A stretch of 32,000 nucleotides of DNA from Halalkalibacterium halodurans. GTDB lineage: Bacteria; Bacillota; Bacilli; Bacillales; Bacillaceae_D. The notes under the pieces were generated by a model. It saw only the letters and a program-made list of their open reading frames with translations, did no database searches and was not told where the DNA came from. Location of the stretch: assembly GCF_004376175.1 (NCBI RefSeq), contig NZ_SNUY01000006.1, positions 70,809 to 102,808 on the forward strand, given 5' to 3'. Shown here one piece after another: positions 8,510-17,035 of this stretch (its first letter is position 1; the number at the start of each line of letters is the position of its first letter). The position numbers and the translations under genes were made by a program.

Positions 8510-9823
8510 TCAATCACCCTTTCCAAAAGCTTGAATTAATTGTTGGATCGAATGTTCAGCAATCGCCACTTCATCCGTATTTTGTCTTAAAAAGGAAGTC
8601 ACTTCCGGCTGTCGCTCGATCGCTTCATCAATTTGTTTCGATGAGCCACGCTTGTAAGCGCCAATGTTAATTAAGTCTTCCGATTCTTTATACACCGATA
8701 ATAGTGAGCGAACATGCTCTGCTGCACGCTTTTGCTCATCTGTAACAATATCATTCATCACCCTACTCACACTTTTTAAAATGTTGATCGCAGGATAATG
8801 CCCCTTATTGGCAAGCTCTCGATCAAGGACGAAATGCCCATCAAGAATTCCGCGAACCGTATCTGAGATCGGTTCATTCAAATCATCTCCGTCGACGAGA
8901 ACCGTGTAGAAGCCAGTGATGCTCCCTTTCCCATTGGTTCCTGCTCGTTCCAATAATTTTGGTAGCAAAGCGAAAACTGATGGAGTATAGCCTTTCGTTG
9001 TCGGAGGTTCACCGACCGCTAGACCAATTTCCCGTTGTGCCATCGCAAACCTTGTGACTGAATCCATCATTAAATTGACGTGTAGGCCCTGGTCCCTAAA
9101 ATATTCAGCAAGAGCAGTTGCCGTCATCGCCCCTTTAATTCGCATGAGGGCTGGTTGGTCTGAAGTGGCCACTACGATAATCGACCGCCTAAGTCCATCT
9201 TCGCCTAAATCCCTTTCAATAAAATCTTTCACTTCTCGTCCCCGTTCGCCGATAAGAGCAATGATGTTCAGATCAGCGGCAGCGTTTTTCGCTAACATGG
9301 CAAGGAGTGTGCTTTTCCCTACGCCACTTCCGGCAAAAATCCCGACACGTTGTCCTTTTCCGACTGTAAGCAGTCCGTCTATCGCGCGAACCCCTAAGTG
9401 CATCGCTTCCTTAATCCGTGGACGAGAAATGGGATTTGGCGGCGGGTTATCTGTCGGATACGGCGTTAACCCATTAGGTAATGCTTCCCCAGTTAAAGGC
9501 CGACCACAGCCATCAATGACATGGCCAATTAAGCTATAGCCCACCTTCACTTGGAGAGGGCGACCAGTTCCTTCAACTAAGCTACCAGGAGCAATCTCTG
9601 CCGTCCCGTTAAGCGGCATTAAAAGCACTCGCTCTTCCTTAAAGCCGACTACCTCAGCCATCACTTTTGTTCCTTGTTTTCCTACGAGGATGTAACACAA
9701 TTCACCGATGGAAGCTTGTGGTCCTTTTGCTTCTATCGTTAAACCAATCACGCGAGTCACTTTTCCATACCATTTATAAGCAGATAACGATGGAATCAGA
9801 GAAATGAGTGATCTAGCGTCCAT
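8510..9823 (-). CDS. fliI: Flagellum-specific ATPase FliI
   Basis: 437 aa with Walker A GSGVGKST and Walker B-type LMMDSVTRFAMAQREI. It is an F1/T3SS-ATPase fold family member with a strong SD (AAGGAGG). Confidence 0.95.
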   Translation of the reverse strand: MDARSLISLIPSLSAYKWYGKVTRVIGLTIEAKGPQASIGELCYILVGKQGTKVMAEVVGFKEERVLLMPLNGTAEIAPGSLVEGTGRPLQVKVGYSLIGHVIDGCGRPLTGEALPNGLTPYPTDNPPPNPISRPRIKEAMHLGVRAIDGLLTVGKGQRVGIFAGSGVGKSTLLAMLAKNAAADLNIIALIGERGREVKDFIERDLGEDGLRRSIIVVATSDQPALMRIKGAMTATALAEYFRDQGLHVNLMMDSVTRFAMAQREIGLAVGEPPTTKGYTPSVFALLPKLLERAGTNGKGSITGFYTVLVDGDDLNEPISDTVRGILDGHFVLDRELANKGHYPAINILKSVSRVMNDIVTDEQKRAAEHVRSLLSVYKESEDLINIGAYKRGSSKQIDEAIERQPEVTSFLRQNTDEVAIAEHSIQQLIQAFGKGD

Positions 9824-10622
9824 CGTCTGCCTCCTTTAGCTTTTCAAGCAGCTTTTGCTTTAATTGTTGAAGCTGACTATCCATTGAGGCATCGATTCTC
9901 CCAAACTTTGTTTCAAGAACACAGCCATTATCCGTTAAGTTCAAATCGGGATAAACATGGATGAGCCCTTCTCCCGATAAGATGGAAGCCAGTTCGTTTT
10001 TTTGTCGCAACGTCTGCTCATACCACTTCGGATGCACATAAATTGACACTTCCTCAAATTCCCTGACCTCTTCCATCACTTGTAGGACTAAGCTTTGCCA
10101 GAGGGATTCATCTTCTTCTAATCGCTTTGCAACGATTTTTTCGCAAAGAGCTGCAGCTAGCTTAATAATGGTTGGCTGAGCTTCCTCTATCGTGCGGTGG
10201 TAATCATCTTTAGCACTTTCCACAATCGCATAAGCTTCCTTAATGGAGTGACGATAAGATTCAAGGCCTTCCGATTGCCCTGCTTGATACCCCTCTTCAA
10301 ACCCCTCAGCCATCGCTTGCTGTTTCAACCGCTCGATTTCTTCTGTTGCCTGAATACGCTCTTGCTCGATCGCCTCGCGAATAGCTGCGGCCTGCTGCTC
10401 CGCTTTTCGAATGATATCCTCTGCCTCGCTCTTCGCTCGCTCTAGTTCACCTTCCACAACGTTCGCTGCATCGCTAGCCTCAGCACTTGACTCGTAATCT
10501 GAATTATCTCTAGAATCTGCTGTTCTCGCCGCAACGAATAAGTTACGAACCCCGATTTGTTTTACACGTTGTGCCGTATCATTGTCATTGACTGGCTTAA
10601 TAATTTTAGACAATAATATCAT
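9813..10622 (-). CDS. fliH: Flagellar assembly protein FliH
   Basis: It has a charged coiled-coil N-terminal half (EAEDIIRKAEQQAAAIREAIEQERIQATEEIERLKQQA) and a FliH/NtpE-like C-terminal half, and lies between fliG and fliI. The start is uncertain: GTG 10652, ATG 10622 and TTG 10613 are all in frame and all overlap the fliG end. Confidence 0.8.
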   Translation of the reverse strand: MILLSKIIKPVNDNDTAQRVKQIGVRNLFVAARTADSRDNSDYESSAEASDAANVVEGELERAKSEAEDIIRKAEQQAAAIREAIEQERIQATEEIERLKQQAMAEGFEEGYQAGQSEGLESYRHSIKEAYAIVESAKDDYHRTIEEAQPTIIKLAAALCEKIVAKRLEEDESLWQSLVLQVMEEVREFEEVSIYVHPKWYEQTLRQKNELASILSGEGLIHVYPDLNLTDNGCVLETKFGRIDASMDSQLQQLKQKLLEKLKEADDGR

Positions 10623-11613
10623 CTCCTCCGCCTCGTGCGATGATAATTTCACCCGCCTCCTCTAAGCGGCGAATGACTGCAACGATACGCGTTTGTGCTT
10701 CTTCCACATCACGCAGGCGGACAGGCCCCATAAATTCCATCTCATCCTTAAAGGTTTCAGCCATACGCTGAGACATGTTGCTAAGGACAATTTCTTTCAC
10801 TTCATCACTTGCAACTTTAAGCGCTAACTGCAAGTCTTCATTCTCACAATCGCGAATCACACGCTGAATTGAACGATTATCAAGAGTAACAATATCCTCA
10901 AAGACAAACATCCGCTTCTTAATTTCTTCTGCAAGCTCAGGATCTTGAATTTCTAACGCATCAAGAATCGTTCGCTCTGTGCTTCGATCAACACTATTTA
11001 ACACTTCGACTACCGCTTCAATACCGCCCGTCTCAGTGTAATCACTCATCGCAGTCGTCGATAGCTTCTGTTCTAATATCGCCTCAACCTCATTGATGAT
11101 TTCTGGTGAAGTACTGTCCATTAGCGCGATCCGTTTCGCGACATCTGCTTGAACTTCCTGAGGAAGATCCGATAAAATTTGCCCCGCTTGTTCAGACTCT
11201 AAATAAGAAAGGATAAGGGCAATGGTTTGCGGGTGCTCATTTTGAATGAAGTTCAAAATTTGAGACGGATCTGATTCTCTAGCAAAGTCGAATGGCCTCA
11301 CTTGAAGAGTGGAGGTGAGGCGATTAATAATGTTCATCGCCTCTGTTTCCCCTAATGCTTTTTCGAGAACGCTCTGTGCATAGCTAATCCCGCCTTGTGA
11401 GATGTAATCTTGAGCTAGCACGAGCGAATGAAATTGATCAAGAATGCCTTCCTTCATTTCGCTATCTACTTTACGTACATTCGCGATCTCCAGTGTAAGC
11501 TGCTCGATCTCCTCTTCGGACAAATGCTTATACACTTGTGCGGAAACTTCTGGCCCGAGCGAGATTAGGAGGATCGCTGCTTTTTGTCTACCTGTTAAAC
11601 CTTTTTTAGCCAT
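10606..11613 (-). CDS. fliG: Flagellar motor switch protein FliG
   Basis: 335 aa. GRQKAAILLISLGPEVSAQVYKHLSEEEIEQLTLEIA... and MFVFEDI are typical FliG motifs. SD AGGAGGGG. Confidence 0.95.
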   Translation of the reverse strand: MAKKGLTGRQKAAILLISLGPEVSAQVYKHLSEEEIEQLTLEIANVRKVDSEMKEGILDQFHSLVLAQDYISQGGISYAQSVLEKALGETEAMNIINRLTSTLQVRPFDFARESDPSQILNFIQNEHPQTIALILSYLESEQAGQILSDLPQEVQADVAKRIALMDSTSPEIINEVEAILEQKLSTTAMSDYTETGGIEAVVEVLNSVDRSTERTILDALEIQDPELAEEIKKRMFVFEDIVTLDNRSIQRVIRDCENEDLQLALKVASDEVKEIVLSNMSQRMAETFKDEMEFMGPVRLRDVEEAQTRIVAVIRRLEEAGEIIIARGGGDDIIV

Positions 11614-11625
11614 GTGGTACCCCTC

Positions 11626-13203
11626 CTAATCTTCCGACAACCAAGTTCGTAAAAGTTTCGAGAATTCTTCTGGTCTCTCTTTCGCCATTCGTTCAATTTG
11701 CTTTCGTTTTTGTGCTCCAGTCCCTTCCTCTTCTTGTGGTAGGTCAGGGATCTCTTCAGTTAATGCTCCGTCATCGTCCATCAAATCCTCGTCGGAATCT
11801 CCTCTTCTTCTCACTAACAGAACAATAAGGAAGATAATCGTAGCCAGAAGGGTTCCTCCAACGACATATACCCATACCGGAACGGATGAACCTGCGCCTG
11901 TCTCTAGATCCGCCTTGCCTTCAAACGGCTGGGAGGAGACAAATATCTTTTCATTGAACTCATCATCCGTTAACTCAGCGGCATAGACACCGGAAATGCT
12001 CGTTCGGACAACCGTGCCTAAAATTTGCTGAATATCCGCCAATCGATCTGCTGGTAGTTCCTCCATTCCTTCTGGTGGTTCCACCATCACTTGGATGCCT
12101 AAGTCGCGAATCTTGTACGGACTTTCAACAATATCGCTTCGGATTCGGTTGACTTCGTAGTTAATACGATCTTCTGTTAATTCATAATCAACTTCGCCCG
12201 TTCCATACACTCCTGGGAAGTTCGGGATATCATCACCGACGCCTTCAATGTCTCCCCAAGGAGTCCCTTCTCCACTATAGGTCTCGGTAATGTTTTCTAC
12301 ACTAACGGCGATCCCTTCCATATTCTCTTCATCTACAGGCTCCACTCGTTCTTCTTGACGGTTTTCTTGCGTAAAGTCAATGTCCGTTGTAACCGAAACA
12401 AGAACTTTATCACGACCGACTAGGGTGCCGAGCATTTGCTGCAAGTTTCTTGTTAAGTCTCTTTCAATGTCGCGTTGGATGGCTCGCTGTTGTTCATAGA
12501 CTGATAGGGTTGAACCTGTCGAATGGTGATCATCGTACAGGTAATCCTCAAACATTTGGTTCATGATCACAATATTTTCAATTGGGAGGTTTGGTACGCT
12601 TCGAGAAACGAGATGATAAAGTGCTCTTACTTGCGAAGCGTCTAGCTGAAAACCTGGGGCTAGATCAACAACAACGGATGCTGTTGCCTCCTGCTGACTA
12701 TCGGAAACCCAAAGCGTTTGCTCTGGTAGAGTGATCATAACATTGGCTTGATTGACACCATCCACGCTACGAATTAAATCCGCTAGCTCAGATTCTATCG
12801 CTGCCCGTTCCATAAGGGAAAACTCGTTGTCGGTCATGCCAAATCCCATCGAATCACGAAAAGTTGAATAGTTAATCGTTCCACTTTGCGGTAGCCCTTC
12901 AGCAGCCAATTCAACCTTTAGTGCATCAACCTGCGTTTCAGGTACGAGGATGGTCGTCCCATCATTTGCAATTTCAGAAGAAATCCCCCGAGCATCTAAC
13001 GTCTCTTTGATATTTCCAGTTTCTTGCAAAGTTAAATTTGAATATAAAGGAACATAATGGGTTCTTGTGCTGAAAAAAGTTAGGAACGCGAGAAGAATGA
13101 TGATCAATAACACGGCCCCAACAATAACCATTTGCTGCTTTTTCGTTCGGTTTCTCCAATATTCGGTTACACGATCTCGATAAAGTCTAACTCTCTCGTT
13201 CAT
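11626..13203 (-). CDS. fliF: Flagellar MS-ring protein FliF
   Basis: 525 aa with an N-terminal TM (VGAVLLIIILLAFLTFF), a YscJ/FliF periplasmic domain, a C-terminal TM (VWVYVVGGTLLATIIFLIVLLV) and an acidic tail. Confidence 0.93.
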   Translation of the reverse strand: MNERVRLYRDRVTEYWRNRTKKQQMVIVGAVLLIIILLAFLTFFSTRTHYVPLYSNLTLQETGNIKETLDARGISSEIANDGTTILVPETQVDALKVELAAEGLPQSGTINYSTFRDSMGFGMTDNEFSLMERAAIESELADLIRSVDGVNQANVMITLPEQTLWVSDSQQEATASVVVDLAPGFQLDASQVRALYHLVSRSVPNLPIENIVIMNQMFEDYLYDDHHSTGSTLSVYEQQRAIQRDIERDLTRNLQQMLGTLVGRDKVLVSVTTDIDFTQENRQEERVEPVDEENMEGIAVSVENITETYSGEGTPWGDIEGVGDDIPNFPGVYGTGEVDYELTEDRINYEVNRIRSDIVESPYKIRDLGIQVMVEPPEGMEELPADRLADIQQILGTVVRTSISGVYAAELTDDEFNEKIFVSSQPFEGKADLETGAGSSVPVWVYVVGGTLLATIIFLIVLLVRRRGDSDEDLMDDDGALTEEIPDLPQEEEGTGAQKRKQIERMAKERPEEFSKLLRTWLSED

Positions 13204-13266
13204 GAGTCCTCCTACCTACCAACATGACATCAATTCTTTGTTTAATTGAGCGATCTTATTAGGTGA

Positions 13267-13575
13267 TTATACTTGCATTCGCATGATTTCCTGGTAGGCC
13301 TCAATGACTTTATTTCGTATTTCCACCGTAGCAGAAAGGGTGATCGATGCCTTTTGTCCTGTAATCATCACATCATGCAAATCTTTAATTTTGCCTTTTG
13401 CTAAAAGCTCCGTTTTTTCCGCCGAAACTTTCTGCAGATCATTTACATTATTTATCGCTTGAGACAACGCTTGTTTAAACGTCTCTTGCGCTTCGGCTGG
13501 CGTGTGTTTGTTTACGGAAGATGAATTTGCTTGATTTAAAAAGACCGGTGCAGTTACAGTTTGAATTTCAGCCAT
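13267..13575 (-). CDS. fliE: Flagellar hook-basal body complex protein FliE
   Basis: 102 aa. The C-terminal LHDVMITGQKASITLSATVEIRNKVIEAYQEIMRMQV is the FliE signature. SD AGGAGGAA. Confidence 0.9.
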   Translation of the reverse strand: MAEIQTVTAPVFLNQANSSSVNKHTPAEAQETFKQALSQAINNVNDLQKVSAEKTELLAKGKIKDLHDVMITGQKASITLSATVEIRNKVIEAYQEIMRMQV

Positions 13576-13587
13576 TCACTATTCCTC

Positions 13588-14046
13588 CTAACGTCCAATT
13601 TCTAAGGCTTTCATCAAGATGTTTTTCGATGCGTTTAACGTAGTAACATTCGCTTCATAGGAACGGGTCGCACTCATTAGATCAACCATTTCCCTCAAAG
13701 GATCAACGTTAGGCATTTCAACATAACCTTCTTCATTAGCATCAGGATGGTCAGGCTGGTAAACAAGTTTGAAAGGTGTTTGGTCTTCAACGATCGCTGA
13801 GACTTTCACCCCATTTCCGATCTTTGACTCAGAGCGTTTCATCGCTGTATGTAAATGAGCAGAAAATGGAGTTTGTTCATTTGGTTGAACGGCGATCATT
13901 TTCCGTCGATATGGCTCCCATTCTCCATTCACCTGTCTAGCTCTTGTTGTTTCTGCATTCGCCATGTTGGCTGAGATGACATCCATGCGGAGCCGTTGTG
14001 ATGTTAAAGCAGAGCCGCTAATGTTCATTCCGTGAAAGATCGACAT
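13588..14046 (-). CDS. flgC: Flagellar proximal rod protein FlgC
   Basis: MSIFHGMNISGSALTSQRLRMDVISANMANAETTR...VEMPNVDPLREMVDLMSATRSYEANV is the FlgC consensus. Confidence 0.95.
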   Translation of the reverse strand: MSIFHGMNISGSALTSQRLRMDVISANMANAETTRARQVNGEWEPYRRKMIAVQPNEQTPFSAHLHTAMKRSESKIGNGVKVSAIVEDQTPFKLVYQPDHPDANEEGYVEMPNVDPLREMVDLMSATRSYEANVTTLNASKNILMKALEIGR

Positions 14047-14050
14047 AGTG

Positions 14051-14449
14051 TTATCTACCTCCTCTTATAACCGTCTGCAAACTGTTAAAGTTACCGTTTA
14101 CTCGTTCAATTAAGGCATTGTAATAAATTTGATTTTTAGCTAGCTCCGTCATCTCAAGATCTACATCGACATTGTTCCCATTATGGTTATACGCCGTTTG
14201 CCTTATTGTTTCTACTGGACTTGAACCTTGAGACCTATTAAACGCTATATGCTTCTCATGGGTTCGTTTTGCTTGTAAACGAGTGTTTGATAGAGCTTCA
14301 TCGAATACTTTTTGAAAGTTTACTTTCTTCGCTTTATAGTTCGGAGTATCTATATTGGCAATGTTTTGTGAGATCGCTCGCTGTTGTAAGGAGGCCCCAT
14401 ATAAGCCTTTTTCAAGTGCGAATAATGTCGAACCAGAGAATAAATTCAA
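14051..14449 (-). CDS. flgB: Flagellar proximal rod protein FlgB (first gene of the fla/che operon)
   Basis: QNIANIDTPNYKAKKVNF and the rod consensus are present. The ORF track starts at GTG 14458, which directly abuts the SD. TTG 14449 lies 5-7 nt after AAGGAAGGTGA and gives MNLFSGS, parallel to B. subtilis MSLFSGT. Confidence 0.9.
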   Translation of the reverse strand: MNLFSGSTLFALEKGLYGASLQQRAISQNIANIDTPNYKAKKVNFQKVFDEALSNTRLQAKRTHEKHIAFNRSQGSSPVETIRQTAYNHNGNNVDVDLEMTELAKNQIYYNALIERVNGNFNSLQTVIRGGR

Positions 14450-14571
14450 TATCGTCACCTTCCTTTTTCACATTTCCACCAATTATACTATATAAAAAGT
14501 CCCTATTTCATCGTGCTTTTTAGAAATAATTCGACATAACTCAGGAATTTCAGGAAAGGATTCTACATGAA

Positions 14572-14600
14572 ATTCTAACCAAATTATTAAAAAAAGTCTA
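14572..14600 (-). promoter_or_regulatory. Candidate sigA-type promoter for fla/che (TAGACT-N17-TAGAAT)
   Basis: Read on the minus strand, -35 TAGACT is at 14600->14595, followed by a 17-nt spacer and -10 TAGAAT at 14577->14572. This is about 120 nt upstream of the flgB start. It is a pattern match only. A second weaker candidate has a perfect TATAAT at 14487->14482 but a poor -35. Confidence 0.3.
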
Positions 14601-14769
14601 ATAGTGTTGGGAATGTTTCATTTTTTAATATAAAAGAACTAGTTCAAAATACTTATTAATTAAATGGAACTTTGTAATGAACCTCGTGATTTTATGTATA
14701 TATCCGAAAACAGTAGGAAGTTTGTAACAATATTCCTCTATTCCATCATATCAAATTCTTAACTCCCGT

Positions 14770-14796
14770 CAATCGGCATTATTTGACATGATTTTA
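14770..14796 (-). promoter_or_regulatory. Candidate sigD-dependent promoter (PD-3-like) upstream of the fla/che operon
   Basis: The minus strand reads TAAA (14796->14793), then 15 nt, then GCCGATTG (14777->14770). The B. subtilis sigD consensus is TAAA-N15-GCCGATAT, so the match is 4/4 plus 6/8 with exact spacing. It is about 320 nt upstream of flgB. B. subtilis likewise has a sigD promoter upstream of the sigA fla/che promoter. Confidence 0.45.
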
Positions 14797-15066
14797 ATAT
14801 TAAACTTATCAGCAATTGTAAACTTTAGTATTAGAAAAATTTACATGGAACCTTATGAATGATTCTACGATAAAAAATGAAGAAGTATAGTTCTTTCCTA
14901 TTATAGAAAGCGGTTTCCCCTCTCTTTTCATATAGGTATTTAGATATATTGAATATCTCACATATCGATTTTAGACGATCATAGAGCTGTCTCCTGCAGA
15001 AATCTCGTTTGAAGGAAGCGAAGAGAGGAAAACCTGCAAACAAAAGAGGGGCTGTCTCAAAAGCCC

Positions 15067-16740
15067 TTAAAAAGAAAAGCCTGAAGTGACATTTATAAGT
15101 CGCTTCAGGCTTTTTGTCTCCGATGATCGGTTTATCTCTTCCTGAAACAGGCGGATGGTCTTCGCCTGTTTCAGGAAGTTGTGGGCGATTGCGATCAGCC
15201 CAAACTCAATGTTCACCTTGTCAAGGCCACGAAGGTGAAAACGACGGAACGACCGATTGCCCTTGATATGACCGAACACGCTTTCGACCTCTGTTTTCCG
15301 TTTTCGATAGGTCTTTGCGCCTTCTTCCGTATCAAGGGCTCGTTTCATTTTTGATTTTCCTTCTTCATATACCGGATTATAGTGAATCTGGCGATTGCCT
15401 TTCGCTTTTGTACAATCCGTCTTGAATGGACACCCGGTACAGTCTTCACATTCATATATTTTGAAGTCTCGTTCGTATCCGTAGGCATCCGTTCGTTTGC
15501 GGTAGTATCGAAAAGTCACTCTCCGGTTATTTGGGCATATATAGGTATCATCATGTTCCAAATACGTCCAGTTCTGTACCTTCCATGGGTCGTTCCGATA
15601 GACCCGGCTTTCTTCTTTTCTCATCGTATGATAAGGGATGAGGGCATCCCATTCGTTTTCAGCGATATATAAATAGTTGGGCTCACTTCCATAACCAGCG
15701 TCTGCGATTAGCTTCTTTGGAAAGGGAAGTTGGCGTTCTTCAAGCATACGAAGGTGTGGAATCAAACAACGAGTATCTGTTGGGCGTTGATGAATGGAAT
15801 AACCGACAATGAATTGATTTTCGGTCCCTGCCTGTACATTATATCCGGGTTTCAGTTGACCGTTTTTCATATGATCTTCCTTCATACGCATAAATGTGGC
15901 ATCTCGATCGGTTTTGGAGAAACTATTTCGATCACCGAATGTCGCTAATTGATTTTCGTATCTTTCTAAGCGTGGCAGATAGTCTGTGTTTAACTTCTTA
16001 TGTAATTGGCGCCAGTGACGAGCTTCCGCTTTTTTCTCTTTTTTCAGAACCGGATCTTGTTCGTCATGAAGGGCTTGTTCCGCTTGATTCGCCTGTTTTT
16101 CCACTTGAGTGACAGCTTCACGTAACTGTTCAGAAGTCACACGCTTGTTTTCCCCTTGATCATTCTCTACCTGCTGGTTATCGGAATCAATCGTCTCTTC
16201 AATGTGGGCGAATAATTCTTCGAGCTTGTCCTGTAGCCGCTCCTTATACTTCTGGACGGACTTTTTCCAAACAAACGTATATCGATTGGCATTCGCCTCG
16301 ATTTTGGTTCCATCGAGAAAGTAGTTGTCCATGGTGATGTAGTTTTGGTCGAGCAGTAACTGAATGAGGGACGTAAACAATGGCTCAATGATGTCTTTCA
16401 TTCGTTCCGAGCGAAAACGATTAATGGTGCGGAAATCTGGTGTTTGACGAGCGGCCAACCACATCATCGGAAGATGTTCACGCAGGGACTTGGCAATGTC
16501 GCGACACGAATATAATTTTTGCGTGTAGGCATACAAAATGATTTTCGTCATCATCTTTGGGTGGTAGGCACTCCGGCCGCCACCTTTATATGGGGCGTAG
16601 AAGAGATCTTCATCCACCATTTCCACCATGTCATTCACCACACGCGCCACATGGTCTTCGGGGATGAGATCGCTAAAATCCATTGGAAGGACTAATTGGT
16701 CCATGTTATAATGAATGAAAGTAGCTATAGAGTTACTCAA
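15067..16740 (-). CDS. IS1182-family DDE transposase (copy A)
   Basis: 557 aa. The N-terminal block GGRSAYHPKMMTKIILYAYTQKLYSCRDI is followed by DGTKIEANANRYTF, DRDATFMRMKEDHMKNGQLKPGYNVQAGTE, ADAGYGSEPNY, a Cys-rich YECEDCTGCPFKTDC segment and RKRKTEVESVFGHIKGNRSFRRFHLRG. This layout is typical of IS1182/IS5-like transposases. TTG start 8 nt after GGAGG. Confidence 0.85.
   Translation of the reverse strand: MSNSIATFIHYNMDQLVLPMDFSDLIPEDHVARVVNDMVEMVDEDLFYAPYKGGGRSAYHPKMMTKIILYAYTQKLYSCRDIAKSLREHLPMMWLAARQTPDFRTINRFRSERMKDIIEPLFTSLIQLLLDQNYITMDNYFLDGTKIEANANRYTFVWKKSVQKYKERLQDKLEELFAHIEETIDSDNQQVENDQGENKRVTSEQLREAVTQVEKQANQAEQALHDEQDPVLKKEKKAEARHWRQLHKKLNTDYLPRLERYENQLATFGDRNSFSKTDRDATFMRMKEDHMKNGQLKPGYNVQAGTENQFIVGYSIHQRPTDTRCLIPHLRMLEERQLPFPKKLIADAGYGSEPNYLYIAENEWDALIPYHTMRKEESRVYRNDPWKVQNWTYLEHDDTYICPNNRRVTFRYYRKRTDAYGYERDFKIYECEDCTGCPFKTDCTKAKGNRQIHYNPVYEEGKSKMKRALDTEEGAKTYRKRKTEVESVFGHIKGNRSFRRFHLRGLDKVNIEFGLIAIAHNFLKQAKTIRLFQEEINRSSETKSLKRLINVTSGFSF
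15069..15114 (-). terminator. Intrinsic-terminator-like hairpin overlapping the 3' end of transposase A
   Basis: The minus strand reads AAAAGCCTGAAGcGACttataaatGTCaCTTCAGGCTTTTCTTTTTAA. The outer stem is 10 bp (AAGCCTGAAG/CTTCAGGCTT) with an inner extension, followed by a T-run. It would stop transcription leaving IS-A toward the fla/che promoter region. Confidence 0.6.
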
Positions 16741-16820
16741 AAGAATCGCCTCCGTTTTCTTATTTTGTTTGTGTGGGTACTTACATTATAACGAACGGGG
16801 CGATTTTTTTGTATTCAAAA

Positions 16821-16862
16821 GGGCTGCCCATAAGTCAATCATTTTGACTTATGGGACAGCCC
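16821..16862. repeat. Near-perfect 18-19 bp palindrome at the transposase-proximal end of IS-A
   Basis: The sequence is GGGCTGCCCATAAGTCAA tcatt TTGACTTATGGGACAGCCC. The outer arm is the terminal inverted repeat itself, and the inner arm is a second inverted copy (one extra base). On the minus strand the hairpin is followed by TTTTGAAT, so it is terminator-like. Confidence 0.7.
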
Positions 16863-17035
16863 CTTACGTAAAAGAGGCTGGGACAAAACTAGCCAAATGT
16901 TTAGTGCAAAATAAAAGTTAAGAGTATTGCAACCAAAATGTTAGAAGGTTGCACAAATAGAAAAGGCTTGCCAGCCCTCTCAAAATACCCTACCGTTATT
17001 GGTGTCTAATCAACTAATGGTGGGAGGATGAAAGG

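Larger units (their letters stand above)
15047..16864 (-). mobile_element. IS1182-family insertion sequence, copy A (~1.82 kb)
   Basis: A single long transposase ORF is flanked by terminal inverted repeats. These are GGGGCTGTCTCAAAAG (15048-15063) and the reverse complement of 16848-16863, GGGGCTGTCCCATAAG (14/16 match). Boundaries are good to a few bp. Confidence 0.75.

Noticed and set aside
14983-14995. GAGCTGTCTC, about 60 bp outside IS-A, resembling the IS-A terminal repeat GGGCTGTCTC (a possible solo IR or target mimic)
   Set aside because: Only 8-9 contiguous matching bases. A match of that length is expected by chance about once in a 32-kb window on two strands, and there is no further similarity around it.
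14831-15043. 70-aa minus-strand ORF between the IS block and flgB
   Set aside because: It starts at a TTG that lies in the flank/terminal repeat of IS-A and has no SD. Its AT-rich, F/Y/K/R-biased composition is typical of a random frame in intergenic DNA.
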